From Selaginella moellendorffii (lineage: Eukaryota; Plantae; Lycopodiophyta), in assembly GCF_000143415.4 (NCBI RefSeq), contig NW_003314303.1, positions 904,613 to 968,612 of the forward strand: a stretch of DNA of 64,000 bases, in the 5' to 3' direction. Positions 36,891-50,919 of the stretch are shown here, piece by piece. The position numbers and the translations under genes were made by a program. How positions within the stretch are numbered: position 1 is the first letter of the stretch; the number at the start of each line of letters is the position of its first letter. A model generated the notes under the pieces. The model was not told the DNA's origin. It saw nothing but the letters and a program-made list of their open reading frames with translations, and made no database searches.

Positions 36891-39800
36891 GGAATAAGAA
36901 CTTAAGCTGATACAAAACAAGCTGCACTCTGTGTTTGCATCAGGTAGTTTCTTTAGTTTTTTTTTCAGAGGTTTACATAGCAGATTTAAAAGATGAGTCA
37001 CTATTTTAGTGGTTCATGGCATTGATTTCAGTAATGTAGTGTTCATTCCAACTGTTAACATTCGTAAAGACAATTTCCAACAAGCCAAAATTGATTCTAA
37101 TGCATCCAATGGTATATAGTATAAGAAAAAATTGATAAACAGGACATGTACATGAAATTTGGAAACTTGGTGGATTCTCAGCCAGCTTTGACAAGATGGC
37201 TTGCCACAGTGCTGTGTCATAGATGTCACTGATGCTGGGATTGGCAAGGAGGTGGTTCTGGAGTTGTTTGTTTGTGATGGTTTTGCCATAAGCCTCTCCA
37301 TGGTGCTTAAGTTGTGTGGGAGCCTAGTGGATGTGTGGCTTAGAGAAGGAGAGGGTCACTCCCAGGCGTGTAGAAAACAATGCTGCCGTGTCAAACTCAG
37401 TAAAAGTTTTTGGAATCTGACTTTGTTCTTATGTCAGGATTTCAGGATAAATACAACACAAAGAATAGGCCTTGGCCTTGCTTTAGAGGGCTTCACTAAT
37501 AAGATCTACGAGGCATAGAACATAGTTAAATTCATCACATTTGTTCCTGTTATTTTCAACTGCAAATGTGTTGTCCCATCAAGCCAGATGACTACTCAGA
37601 TTTTTCTCAGATAATTCAAATTCTCTGCTTGAGAAAGTTGTGATCACAACAAACAAGTACTTCCAGTCATCTGGATTGCTGTTAAGATTGGATTGTGAGT
37701 TAAAAGCTTTTGGATAGATTTCTTTCACCATTTTTTGCCGGTCTACACAACTTTAGTCACATGTAAGTTCATTGGCTACCTCATTGTCAATGCCACTTTG
37801 TTTCAGTGTGCCAGATAATACTAAGATATATGTGAAACATCAACTACTCATGCAACTTAGGGAAGGTTAGTATGACACATGTCTTGGAGCTTCCTCTTCA
37901 TAGTGGCCTCCCATGCCTCACTTCCATCATCAATAGTACGTGATGAGTGAGAATGAACGAAATGCCTTTAAAAGAATTAAAGAATAGACAGATTTACATA
38001 ACATATAATATGTATAAGATGAGCATCTCTAGCAAATTTCTCCAGTTGTACCTTGAAGCATTGTTCAAAAAAATGCAAAGAGTAAGACAAGCATCCAGAT
38101 GACCATTGTGTTTGTGGTGCCATATAACAAGAGGATCTACCTCCGGAACTAAGTGACTTGTGCAACCTTTTTGAGCCACCCAACTTCGACAACGCTTGGG
38201 CCATAAAAATCCTCTTCTAATGTTTTTCTGATCAGACAAGTTGCATCAAAGAACTTCTTAATTTCATGATTGGAGTTTAGACTATGACCCTTTACAGGAG
38301 TAGTGACAACAGAAGTAAATGAAGTTTTTTTTTCTAGATTCTTGAGAGTCTAGAGCTGGTTGCCAGAATCTAGTAATTGAACTTATAGATGTATACTCTT
38401 TCTCTTGGTTTTGAAGGTATTCTTAATCAACTTAGTTCAAAGACTTATGAAGAGCTCATTGAATTGCTAAAAGACTTACTAGTGGTGGGGAGAATGCAAA
38501 GAGAAACTCTCCCATTCTTTTCTGACAAATTGTCAACTACCAACCTTAGAAAAGGATAATCCCAGGATCTTTGCCAATAATTTCTTCCCCTCTTTGACAC
38601 GGCTAAAGTGGATGCAAGTGCTGAAGCTGCATTTTGCACCTGCAAAGTTTCTATGACCAACTTGTAGCATTAAAAGCTGTAAATGACTATTCAATTCCAC
38701 TCCTTTAACATGGCTCCCTCTTTTCTTTTTTTTTTAAAAACAAAAAGAAAAGGCTACCTAAGACGCCACCAAGTCTCATTACTAGGAGAACCACCAAGTC
38801 TCATTATAGGGAAAATCATCATAAGTCATTGTTCTATTTTTTTTTTTAAATGTGTTGTTCTAACCCAAAGTATGTATGATTACTTGCGAAATACAAAAGA
38901 GTCCCTTTTGCCACCGGTCCGAGTCATGAAAATTTCCCCATGCTATGCTTTAAGTTCATATTGCATTAGTCTAGGCCTTGGATGATCTGGATCGCGTGTG
39001 CTTCGTGCCACTTGCAGCCGAACTCTTGCAGCCAATTGTTGATTTCCAAAGTCCAATCCAGATCTTGTGCTCGTTGTTTATTAATCAGGGCTTTTTATTT
39101 ACCAACAAAAAACCAAAAAACTGGCTGGGCATAGTTTCATTGAGCACGAAAATAAGTTTCTTATGTCCTTGATGTGAAATGCTTCTTAAGACTTAAGCTG
39201 CATTTACATTTCTGACCATTTTGAGCTGGAAAGCATGCATGCTTCTATATGTCAAGCAAAGCGATAAAAGGATGTTCAAGCATTTGCAGGTATTTTGTGA
39301 TTAATGTCTGTTTTCATCTCCTAGTTTCACCCTTCCACAGGTGCCAATGTGGAGCGATCTCGAACAGAAAAAAGCTTCCAAGCAGACATAAATCGATTTG
39401 CTGCATTGACTGATCACCTTTCTTCCTTAGGAACAATGACACTTGAAACAGAAAACTCATTTTCGAGCAGAAATAATCAGTGATGTGAATAGTAGTTCAT
39501 CCTGGAGTGTTCGTAACATCTCTGAGAGAATTTTGTTTCGCAATCTAGCAGTTCTCCAAGAGAAGGTTTATAGCCAAGCTTCCCCGCATTGTAGCTGAAT
39601 CTCAGCCTAGATCTTGGCGAGAGGGCCGCCATGTTTTCCCACACGGTTTTCGAATCGATTTCATGTGACAGTTATTGTCACATGACAAAGGAACAGAAAG
39701 AGAGGCAAAACATTGTGTGTTCGTTTCGGGGCATTACAACAGACTCCAATTCCTTGGTCTCATGTTAGGAGATTCTAGTCGGTGACACCATGACCATGCT

Positions 39801-40167
39801 TTCTCACTCGGTTTTCTCTTTGCTCGTCCTTTCCCTTTCTCTTTGCTGCACATAAGGGTGACAAAAAATAAAGGTCTTTTTTTACACCCTTATTTCTGTT
39901 GCAAATTCTGATGGTGGCTGTTTCTAATTATTAAACAGTGTTTCTTACACAAATCACATTTCTTTTTCATTCTCCCATGACTTAAGCTAAGGATCCTTCA
40001 TTCTAATTGTCATGGAACTACTGATTAATTGATGAGGGTGTAGTTGAGCTCGATATCTCCATATTTTGACCTTGTTGTTAGCTACATCACAAGAGGTTTA
40101 GTAAACTATAGAATAAACTTATATAAAAATTTTTTTGGATGGATCAGTATCATAAATTACATTACAA

Positions 40168-40433
40168 TTTTTGGTTTGAGATGGTAATGGATATACCTAG
40201 AAAATGCTTGGATATTTTAGAATATTCTATCATCTTATGGTTGTTATTCATTTAGATTAATTTTGTATTTATAATTTATAAACATTTTTTAGTATATTAT
40301 TTTTTATTCTGTCATCTAATGGTTGATATGCAATAATATTAATCTTGTGTATATAAATTACAAACATGCTTATAATTATAAACTTTATTTGATTATTAAA
40401 CAAACCAAGCAATGCAACACGTAGCAATTTATT
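40168..40433 (+). mobile_element. AT-rich Helentron/HINE-like element, same site as copy A in unit 2
   Basis: Same site and same 5' deletion as 21155-21449. Confidence 0.65.
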
Positions 40434-40817
40434 ACAAAATTACATCAAAGCTTTCAAGTTGGACCCATCTCTCCTTGGAACTGACAAGAAACACAACACA
40501 CAAAACTGCAGTTCGAAGCAGCAAGCTGGTGGTGCTCCAAAATCCTTGCAGACTTTGCTGGATTGAAGCATCTGGAGCAGCCCATGCTTCATCTCCTATT
40601 GCCAAGATGAAACAAAAGAGCTCTCTCCTTTTCAATGGAAGTGGGGGCTGGCCTGATGCTGTAGAGCAGTTGATATCCCACCGATGGTGGACCATCATCA
40701 AGGCTTTTTGTGCGGCTCCTCCGCAGAAAAAGAATTTGTAAGAACAATCTTTTATATTTTTTTTTAATTCACACATTAGCAGATTTACATGGTCCTTATG
40801 TAAGAGCAACATTATTT

Positions 40818-41756
40818 TTATAAATATTTCTTTATCCACTCATGTTCGAGGACCTTTTCGAAAGTAAGCCTCCTTCCGGGATCCAATTCCGTCATACCTT
40901 GGATAAGTTGCCTTGCAGAAAGGGATGGAATGCTATCCCAATCCATAGAATTGTGATGGAGGTTCCTTAAAGTTCGATCTCTCTTGCGTGCATTATTAAA
41001 TACCACCTCCACATCCATATTTGGGAACGGACAAGCTGCCGTGAGGCAAGTGTAAAGCAGCATCCCTAAGCCCCACACATCGCTGGCTGTGATATAGCGC
41101 CCATCGAGCATCGCTTCGGGGGACATATAATCCCACGTCCCAGCCCCATGCTCGTTCCACGGATCCTCCATCCAGCAAGCCATCCCAAAGTCGGACACCT
41201 TTGGGACATAGAACTTCCCAGGCCACGGGTACTTCAGCAAAACATTCGCGGGCTTCAGGTCGCAGTGGATGATCTCGTTGTCATGAACCCTCTTTAGCGT
41301 CTTGGCGAGAGCTATGACAATCTTTGCAGATTCTTCCTCATCAAGCTGCCCCTTGTACTTGATCCGGTCCTGAAGGCTGCAATTGCACAGCTCAAGAACA
41401 AGGTGGTACACCTCCCTGTACTGATTGGGCTCTTCTCGTATGATGTGCTCGAAGTGGACGAGCCCCTGTTCATCCAAACCCTTGAGTGACACCTCTAGCA
41501 TAGCCATCACTCGAGCTTCAAACAGCCCATCGGGGCCATGAACTGTCTTGATCGCAAAAACCTTTCCATCACTCCTTCGGAATGCCTTGTACACCATCGC
41601 TTGCCCTCCACCCCCAATCGACTTCTCTAGTCTATATTTCTCTATGAGCACTGGGTATTTGTCACAGAGTTTTTCATCCAGGACCGTGTGGTACTCCATC
41701 CCTTGCCTAGGTTTCTTGAGCGCATAGTTCTCCTGCTCGCACTCGCACTTAACCAT
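40818..41756 (-). CDS. Ser/Thr protein kinase (non-RD), copy 2, 312 aa
   Basis: All catalytic motifs present in an intact ORF. Confidence 0.9.
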   Translation of the reverse strand: MVKCECEQENYALKKPRQGMEYHTVLDEKLCDKYPVLIEKYRLEKSIGGGGQAMVYKAFRRSDGKVFAIKTVHGPDGLFEARVMAMLEVSLKGLDEQGLVHFEHIIREEPNQYREVYHLVLELCNCSLQDRIKYKGQLDEEESAKIVIALAKTLKRVHDNEIIHCDLKPANVLLKYPWPGKFYVPKVSDFGMACWMEDPWNEHGAGTWDYMSPEAMLDGRYITASDVWGLGMLLYTCLTAACPFPNMDVEVVFNNARKRDRTLRNLHHNSMDWDSIPSLSARQLIQGMTELDPGRRLTFEKVLEHEWIKKYL

Positions 41757-41879
41757 CTCGAAAGAGCTCTAGGGCTTGTTTGTAAAGGCAGAATCTTAGT
41801 TTATGCATCTTTTATTTTAAAGGTATCATGTTTAAGTGAACATTTCCTGGAATGCCAAGTGTGGAAGCATGAGAGACTC

Positions 41880-42792
41880 TCGGCGATGGGATTGAGAACC
41901 ACGACGTTGTCTCCTGGACGGTATTGGTTCTGGGATACGCTCGAAGATTTGGCTCTGGAGCTCTTCTTGGAGATGATTGCTCGAGTTTTCTCGCGGCTAT
42001 CAAAGCTTGCTCTAGTCTGGCTGCGCGAGAGGAGATTGATGCGTCGTTGGCTGTGAAGATCAAGAGCTTGGAACGAGCTTTGGCGATTCACTCTCACGCA
42101 TCAAGCTCTCACGGCTTCAAGTTGGAGGCGAGGAGACATACACTTGGCAAACGCGATGGTGGACTTGTATGGCAAGTGTGAAAGTCTAGAAGATGCTCGC
42201 AGGGTGTTTGATTCGATGGAGCAGCACGACATCGTTTCCTGGACATCGATCATCACAGGCTATGCTCACGAGAGCCAAGATGGAGACGAAGCTTTCCTTC
42301 TCTTCTCTTCCATGCAAGAACAAGGATTTAAACCCGATCGTTTAGCTTGTCTCGCCGCTATCAAGGCTTGTAGCGTAATCACGGAGAAGAAAATGGAATT
42401 TAGACGTAGAATCTCTCGAGAAAGCAATGAAAATCCACTCGTGGATCTCGCAGCTTGGCCTGGAGAGAGATCCAGCAGTCTGGTTGATATGTATGCCAAG
42501 TGTGGAAGCTTGATCATGGACGCTCGCAGGGTATTTGATAAGATCTTAGATCGCGACATAGTCTCGTGGAACTCTTTCCTGTTTGGATGTGTTTACATTG
42601 GCGAGGACGAGCTTGCGTTGGAATGCTATGCAGCCCTTTGCTCCAAACTCTCAAACCTTTCTTGCGTTGTTGCCAGTTTGCAGGAACCTGGGAGATTTGA
42701 AGCTCGGGAAGCTCTTCCACGGACAGATTCTCCGGCAGGGACTGGAAGGGAGTTCTGTGGGGATTTCCCTGCTTGTGTTGCGGACCACATAG
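41880..42792 (+). pseudogene. PPR-B copy 2
   Basis: Same fragments as copy 1 plus extra deletions. Confidence 0.8.
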
Positions 42793-44269
42793 AAATCGCT
42801 TCCTGCTTCCTGATGTTGTCAATCTTTCCATCACTTTCTTTTCTCCAGGTCCGAATCACAGCGAAAAGTGGAGCTACCTCTCTGATACAATGGCGGCAAT
42901 CGATGGTGGCTTTGCGAAACCTTTGTGGCAAAAATCCAATGTGAGAGCTTGGCGAGAGCTTGTTGACAACACCAAGCTTGCTCTCGAGCTTGGTGACTGT
43001 GTAAACTCGCTGGTAGCAGCAAAACCAAGGCTCTCAAAACTCCAACAGGGATCACGCCTTCAAAGATTGTTTGGCGCGAATCCTCAAATATACATCAAAG
43101 TTTTTTCTCAAGTGCATCTTTTCCTACTCGCATGCTCCGAAATGCTTGGAACCCAGCGATGGCGTCTCCTCGAGCGCCATGTCCTGCAATCAAAGTATTC
43201 CATGCCAAAGTGTTGGGAGACGCAATGGAGCTCTCAAACACAAGCTCGGCGACCTCGACGCTCCCGCATTTACAGTAGAAGTCGAGACTACATATCACCT
43301 AGTCTGCAGTGAAGGAAAAAGAGAAAGATCTCATACCTATGTGCAAGATCTAGCAATTCCAACTTGTCCACAAATCATACAGTTGCATCCTATCACAACA
43401 TTATGTCCAATCTACATGCAAAGAAGCCAAGAGTAAGCAGTGCTTAATAAAAGAAAAAATTTCTCAAACGTGAACCAAGTCGTCAAGCTTCACCTTATCC
43501 CAGATGACTGTATCACACCAGCTGATGATTAGTCCAGGGCAAATGAGACTTCAGAAGAAGAACGAGCCACTTTTGTTACCTCTCAGGGTCGAGGATGAAT
43601 TGGCACTCACTGCTTCCAATCTTTATCAGCAATTCCTAAGAAAAAAACATTGTTTATTATTTATAATAAATCAGTGCTCCGAAAATTTTGTATTTTAACC
43701 CCACACTTTTATTTTTCCCACTTTTCCTAAACAAGATATTGTTTCAGAATGTTTATAAATTCTAAATATGTTATAGTTCGCTAGATTGACGGTTTGCTCA
43801 AAAGTAATTTGTATGATCAATTATCTTTTCTATTTTTAATTTTATCTTTACTCTCCTGTTCATTGTTACGATCAAAACTCTTGGTCATAGTTTCACATCT
43901 ACGTGTACAAAAAAAGCTGGACGCTACTTGCGAGGAAATGCTTGGTCGTCGACTTGAGGCAGGAGACCAAGCAGCTCAAGGCACAGTTGAGTTAGTTTCT
44001 TTCATTTCTTCAGATGTACAGTATTTCTAGAGGATGCTCGGAGCGTCTTCGTGGAGATAGAGCAGCCGAACAAGGTTGCATCATATCTAGAGTTGCGGAT
44101 TTCGACTAATGCTCTGGCTAGATGCGGAAATGGCCTTAATTCCGGTTGAGTTGGACCGTTTGCGGACCTCATTTCAGCTGAATTCGTTAGGGTTTGGTTG
44201 CGTGATCATGAATGAAAAGTAGATTTGGAAGCGCGAGATTTCCCTCTGGATCCAGGAATTTTGAGAGTC

Positions 44270-44475
44270 AGGCCGAAATGGAGAAGATTTGGTGTCTCGG
44301 CTGCATTTTCTTGCGCCGGCATCTCATTCCACGCGACGTTGCATCACATCTTGAGCATCGAAGTAGTCAGTAAACTCAAGATCCCTGATGTATCATTCGA
44401 GATAAGATTTTGTTTATAAACGGTTCCCAAGATCCTTGGTGTCATACCTCCAAGCAAACTTCTTCGCTTAATGGT
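44270..44475 (+). pseudogene. S28 peptidase remnant, copy 2 (~850-bp deletion with 33-bp inverted filler)
   Basis: Joins the equivalent of 25445 to that of 26301 via the reverse complement of 25606-25638. Confidence 0.8.
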
Positions 44476-46788
44476 AAGAGAGCCATCATAAGCTATGTCG
44501 TCTCAAATCTGCAATTGCAGAGCCCGCATATGTGACAAAATGTCAAAACTGCGCTCATGGAGTTGATGTGTGAGGCTGTCTGCAGAGTATCGGAGTAAAC
44601 CCATGGATTTCGTTTAATCAAGACGATGGCTGAGGGGCACTCTTCCTTGTGGCTCTGAGGATGGCACTGGGACCTCTGTTGCCTAGGCTGCATCCAAACT
44701 CTCCCTAACTTTCGAAGTGGTGAACAAAAGTTTTTGGGTGAGAACATGATGGAGAGTGTGGTAAGTTGAGGAGGAAAGACTAAGAAATCATGCAAAAGAT
44801 TGGAAGGAAGAAGAGGAGAGAGGGAAGAGAACAAAGCACCTCTCTCTATGTGATTTTTAGGGCTGTGGAGTCCCAAAGGACTTTAAACATGATAACAGGG
44901 ATGGAGCTCAGCATGGATGGCTTGAACTCAATGGACTTGGACACTCACTATCACTAGCTAAGTTTTGTGGAGCATTATTGTAGCATTCCCATACCTTTTT
45001 AGCATTTAATTTTTACTATTGATTTTTGGTTTGCTTAAGCAAATCTGTAAGTCTAGAATATGAGGATATTCTACCATTTAAAAGTTGTTATTCATTGTTT
45101 ATAATTTATAAAACTTCTTAAGCACTTTCTAGTATATTCGTTTTTATTTTACCATCTAATGGTTGATATGCAATAAAATTTATATTGTGTTTATAAATTA
45201 TAAACATATTTATAATTATAAATTTTTATTTGATTAATTGGATTAATAAGTAAGAATAACATTACTATTGAGCAAACCAAACATTGCTATGACTGAAAGC
45301 TCACCATGCCTTTTCCCTCCTCTAAGGAGAATAATCTCCCCAACTTAGAGACTTATTAGACCACTTGTGGTGGTTCTCTCCCTTTATTTAGTTTAATTTT
45401 TGTTAGACCCATTAAAGACACCTTTTCTATCTCTGCAATGCGTAACTGATTTTTACTATTTTATATAAAAACACAATAAAATATCCCTCAAACCATTTTA
45501 CATAATTATTAGAGGCAGTAAATTGCATTTGTGAGGTTCAAGTGTACAATTACGATGCCATATACTAATATTAGAGTCGTGGGATTTTGATAATTATTAG
45601 ATTAGTTTTAATATTCATTTCTATATATAAACTAGGGTTTTGGGCTAATTGATATACATATTTCTGTTTTCCATTTTTATATTTTATGCATGGTGGAGGT
45701 GAAGTGTAGTTTTAATTATCCCTATGAAGTGTTTGGATTTAGTATTTTAGTTTGATCTAACTTTTATATAGTTTAAATTTTCTTTTCTTTCTAGCTTTTC
45801 CAATTTCTTCTTTGTTGCTTTTCCTTTATATTCATCTTTATGGCAGAGCTTTCTCTTTTAACTTTGGAGCAGTAGTTGGTGCAATTACTTGATATTATGT
45901 GATTATAATTGAATAATCAAACTCAATTAATGGCAACATTCACAGCATGTGATAGAACTCCTCACCAATCCTTGCGTCCGGTTGGAGTTCTTTTGTGGGA
46001 GTCCTAGAGATGATGTGTACTATTAGTTTGATCATTTTATAGCATATATTATTTTTGGGATAATGCTCAGTGTTTGCATGAATTTCCCACATGTGTTTAA
46101 AGGACAGTGTTATAGTGGTATAGTGGTTTAAGTGCAGTTACTCATGAGGATTAGAGCATTCTCCTAAATGTCTTTATGCATTTGGACATGCCAACAATTA
46201 TGATGATGCCTTCCAACAATTGCATCATTTTTGTCAAAGGCTGTCTAAGTTAATGATGTAATTTGATGTTTGTTTTTTGCTTCATACCAAATATGTCAGA
46301 GAGGATCAAATTAAATGTTGTGGCCAACACTTCATAAAGATCTTGTAAAATTTATGTATACACTTGCTCTAGCCACCCTAGATAATACTCTTCACTTGGC
46401 ATAATGTTATGAAATGTTATTTTTTCCACTTCTCATTGTATATCCTTTAGTTCCATTTCTTATAAAAGATAGTCATGTTCTAATGGAGGTGGATGTTATT
46501 GCCACCTAAGTTCAAGAACAAGGACGAAGACGTAATTATAGCTGTGATGTTTATTGTTGGGCATATGATAAAAGTGGTTACATTTATGAGTATTGTTAAT
46601 ATTTTCAAAAGTGGTGACCTCCATTTCCTGGGTGGAAACTTTAATATCAACAACATCCTATTAGTGTTGTTACAATAGAAAGTCTAAATATTGAGATGCT
46701 TATGAGAAACAAAGAGTTGTAAGAGTAAAGTGGGAACATCCACAACACCAAGAATTTCTTCGATTAGAGCTTTGCGTCTTGGAATCTG

Positions 46789-47837
46789 ATGATCACTGCC
46801 TACTCGCATGACAGCCAGGTGAAATCTGCCAAGAGCCTCTTCAATCAAACTCCAGCCAAGAACCTCCTCCTCTACAACGCAATGTTCATAACCTATGCCC
46901 AAAATGAGTGCCATGCCCTTGCGATTGAGCTCTTTGCCTTGATGCTGTGCAGAGATCTCGTCTCCTACAATGCAATGCTCTCTGCGCTCGCGAAATCTAG
47001 CCCTATTGATCAAACCAAAGATTTCTTCGACCTAATTCCCGAGAAGAACATCGTTCCATGGAATGCGATGCTCACAACATATGCCGAGAATGGGCATCTG
47101 GAAATGGCGATTTCCATGTTCGATTCGATGAGCCATCATGATATTGTGTCCTACACTGCCATGCTCACTGCGTATGGATCGAGCGGCCAGATAGAACACG
47201 CAAGAACAGTGTTTGATTCGTCACCCCAGAAGGACGTTGTTTTATCAACTGCCATGCTCGCAGCATATGCCCATTTAGGGTTCTTGGCAGAGGCTAGCAC
47301 AATTTTCCAATCTATGCGAGAATGCAGCATAATCACGTGGAATTCTATGTTAGCTGCTCACGCATTGAGCAGCACAATCGAGAAAACGAAGTGGATTTTC
47401 GATTTGATGCCGGTAAGAGATACAGTGTCTTGGATTTTGATGTTCAGCGCATATGCCCAGATTAGGCATCTGGAGAAAGCGATTTCCTTCTTCACGACAA
47501 TGCCAATGCCACACGCAGTCCCAGATCGCGTCGTGCCCTGGAACACGATGCTCGCGGCGCACGGAACCAGCGGCCAGGACGCCGGGGCCGCGAATTTGCA
47601 AGGTGTGGCCCCGGATGCCGTCTCCTTTTGGGGGCGTTTGGCCACACCGGGGACGTGGATTCCAGCTGGAGCTACCTTGTGTCGATGCGCAGCGATTACT
47701 CGATCCAGCCGGAGAAGCTCCACTTTGGGTGGGCGATCCGGGCTCGAGCTGGGAACTTCGATTTCGCCCGGGATCTCCTCGACAACATGCCATTCGTTCC
47801 AGGGATCGAGCAATTGAGCTGCCTGACACTGTTCTAG
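46789..47837 (+). pseudogene. PPR-C copy 2 (frameshifted near the 3' end)
   Basis: 342-aa ORF changes frame before the GDVDSSWSYLVSMRSDY segment (47628-47837). Confidence 0.75.
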
Positions 47838-47963
47838 AGCCAAACAAATTAGATTTCGTCCAGGAACTTCCAGAGATCGAGCAATTGAGCTATGACGCAA
47901 TCGCCCATCTCGAGATCTAGACTAGACAATTGGTAGAAACAAAGATCTTCCTCCTTGGTCCTT

Positions 47964-48515
47964 TCAAAGGGCTGTCTCTTCGCTCTTCGGAGCACTGGCC
48001 GCCTCGACTCTCTCCTGGACAGCATCCACAGCCTTGTCTTGGACGCTGCTTTTCCCCTTGAGATCCTCGGCCGCGGCCTTGAGCTCTCCCGCCGCGGCCT
48101 CTTTCTTCTCTGGAGCAACGTCGGCCTCTCTCGACTGATAAGTGTGGAGATAATCCTCGGCCTTCTTTACGTAGTTCCCAAACGGCGTGCCTTCGAGCTT
48201 GCCATAGTGTGAGGCGCCCTGGAGAATGTCCTCGGCAGCGTCGGCGAGCTTGGCAGTGTCCATACCCCCACCACCACCTTCCTTCTTAGCTCCTGCTCCT
48301 CCCATTTGCTGCTTCGCGGCGTCTAGAAGAACGTTGGCACTGCCCATAAGCTCCGAGTAGCTTGGAACTTCGCCGCTGGTCTTCTTTGCCTCCCCCGTGC
48401 TGCTCTTCTTTGGCTCCTCCGTGCTTGGTCCATGGCCTGCTTCTTCCGTCTTTGGCTTCTCGCTCTCCTTCTCTCCGCTGAGAAAGGATCCTGCCTGCTT
48501 CTTGAAGAAATCCAT
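47964..48515 (-). CDS. Nodulin-related protein (plant NRP1-like, hydrophilic), 183 aa from MDFFKKQ
   Basis: SYSELMGSANVLLDAA...DTAKLADAAEDILQGASHYGKL...YVKKAEDYLH resembles the plant nodulin-related family; ATG at 48515. Confidence 0.75.
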   Translation of the reverse strand: MDFFKKQAGSFLSGEKESEKPKTEEAGHGPSTEEPKKSSTGEAKKTSGEVPSYSELMGSANVLLDAAKQQMGGAGAKKEGGGGGMDTAKLADAAEDILQGASHYGKLEGTPFGNYVKKAEDYLHTYQSREADVAPEKKEAAAGELKAAAEDLKGKSSVQDKAVDAVQERVEAASAPKSEETAL

Positions 48516-49239
48516 ACAGGAAAAAAAGAAATGTGAGCAGACAAAGAGAAGATGAACCGAGAAGAAGAGCCGAGGGTAAACTGTCGATGACACTCTCCAG
48601 TGGATATTTTTATAGAGTCCGGGAAAACGAGTAAAGGGACACGATTTTTGACGCGTGGGGGCCCAAACCGGATCACTATCCTCCTGTGAAGAAAGATGGA
48701 CGAGGTAAATGTGAGACAGAGAAAAAAAGATATATACAAAACTACCCCACCGACAAGTGCCACCAAGACTCCGATTTGGATGCACCACCAAAGATTTTTA
48801 TCAAGCCGCTGTGGTTTGATTCGTCACAGTGACTTACAAAACACGTCGGAGAACTATAGTACAAAGCTTTCGAGTCTTATTTCGTGCTGCTACCTTGTCT
48901 GCCAAAGAAAAGAAGAGTTTAGCATAAAAGAAATGGAAAAACTTGTCATACCCTTGTCATACCAGGTAATGAATTGTCTCGCTCCAGTTAAGAACTCTGT
49001 ATCTGCAAAGAGAGAGAAGTCAACCAGGGAATCGTGAATCAAAAACATGTCCTTCAGCCACGCCAATTCCTCATATGACTGGTCCGTATTCTAGTTACAC
49101 GAGCACTGCTCCAACCGGTTGCAAGACCGGGAGCAACGACGTGCAACGTCAACGGGCAGCGCAGTGAGATTACTAAATTATGCATCATAGGACCGAACCA
49201 CTAGAAGGAAAAAAAGTAAAGTGAACTTACATTGAGAGC

Positions 49240-50585
49240 TTAGAAGTTTAAGATGATCTTCTCTTGTGGAACCCCTTCGGCCGAAAGTAGATCAGTCACA
49301 TCCTGCAATAAAAACATCACAGTGAAGGTAGGGCAAAGGGAAACAAAAAATCTCTACCTTGACCATGCCCTTGTGGCCACAAAGAAAAGTAACAACTTGA
49401 GAGGAATCTGGAATACTTATGTTCTTCGAAAAGGCTGCCTGTGGCACAATAAAGCGAAGCTAAATGAGAGATGGAGTAAAAGAGAAAACAATGAATCATG
49501 TCTACAACAGTGACCATAAACCTGGACATATCCTGATTCGCCCATCCAGCTCCCATCAGGCTGCGAGAGCACGGGAATTATGCTCACGCCGCTTGCCTCC
49601 CACTCTTTGAACTTGTCCTATAGTAGAAATAAGTGAGAATCGACAACCGAAAGAGAAACAAAAGAAGAGTACCCGATATGCCATCCTCTCAAGACTCCTG
49701 GCTCCATAGTAAAGCCTCACATCGCTCCTCCTGTTCGCGTCAATTCCGGCCTCTATAAGTGATCGAATCGGACTGTCCTGAAAAAAAAAGGAACCATACG
49801 TAAACCATCCCAAAAGATAGCGAAAAAACGAGTGGAAAGAAGGAAACATCATGTCTACGCAAACTCCAAGAAATGAAAGAACAAGAGAGTGGAAAGATGC
49901 CTACGTACGAACAAAAAAAGATACGAGTGGAAAAACATGTCTACCATCCCAAGAGATAGCGAAGAGCAAGAACAAAAGAAAAAAAGAAAAAAAAGAATGG
50001 AAACGGAAGAAAAAAGAAGAAGAAATCACGTTACCTGATACCAGAGCCAGTCGCGAAGAACAGCACAGTCTGGAACTTCTCTGGAGGGTAGAGCTGGTCG
50101 ATGTCGAAACCTTTGCCCATCACTTGGCTTAAATCCACCTTATCTCCCTTGGCCAGATCGCACAGCACAGCCGAGGTAGTGCCCTCCACGTCCTTGACAA
50201 GGAACTCCAAGAATCCCTTGGCGGCGGTGGAAGGCGGGGAAGCGATGGCGAAGAATCCCGGCTTGTGCTCCTCCTTTTTCATCTGGACGAATTGCCCCGG
50301 CTTGGAATGCCCCTTCTGGAGCTCGGGATTCCGGCCAATGTCGAGCACGATGTGGAAGAGTTGTTCCGCCGCTGGAGCAATCTCGACCAGCGGCGCCGAC
50401 GTCCACAGCACTTCCTGCTTCCATTGCGCCCTCACGACGAATCTCACCCGCGCGGAGGATGATTTCTTGGACAGCGTCGAGCAGTACCTTTTGGCGAAAC
50501 GCAAGCTCGGCGCCGCCGCCGTCGCCGCTGCTATCGCCATGGGATTTCCTAGGGCAAGTACCTGCGGCGCTCGCAATACCGCCAT
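49240..50585 (-). CDS. Plastid-targeted FAD/NAD(P)-binding oxidoreductase (FNR-like, fruit protein pKIWI502 type), 296 aa; exons 50585-50035, 49772-49673, 49617-49522, 49438-49358, 49302-49240
   Basis: All introns GT-AG and the frame joins cleanly. PGQFVQ, FAIASPP, FATGSGISPIRSLIE, LYYGARS, GYVQ, LCGHK; Ala/Ser/Arg-rich N-terminus. Confidence 0.9.
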
Positions 50586-50919
50586 TGCCAGGAACCCTAA
50601 ATTCCCAAATTTTGGGAGGCCTTTAAAAATGCCCTTGTTGGGCATTTGCAACAAGTACGGATCCTCAATCTTGGAGATCTTCTTTGGGCATAGAATCAAA
50701 CACTTGTGTAAAGTAAAGAAGCATATCTTGTGCGCAGATATACAGTAATATATTTTTTCCTGACAATATTCTTTCATGAAAATAGAACGTTCTTCTAGCT
50801 TCCAAATGCCCAGCTTGGGCATTTTCATTATCCCATGTTGACTTTTGCGTTGACATGGTTGACTTTGCATTCACTTACATTGAAAAAGTGGCTCTGGCTC
50901 CTAAGAGATTCTTTCTTCG

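Noticed and set aside
50586-50870. 95-aa N-terminal extension of the oxidoreductase ORF, and the 92-aa extension of the nodulin ORF (48516-48791)
   Set aside because: AT-rich upstream sequence open by chance and not conserved in the paralogous units
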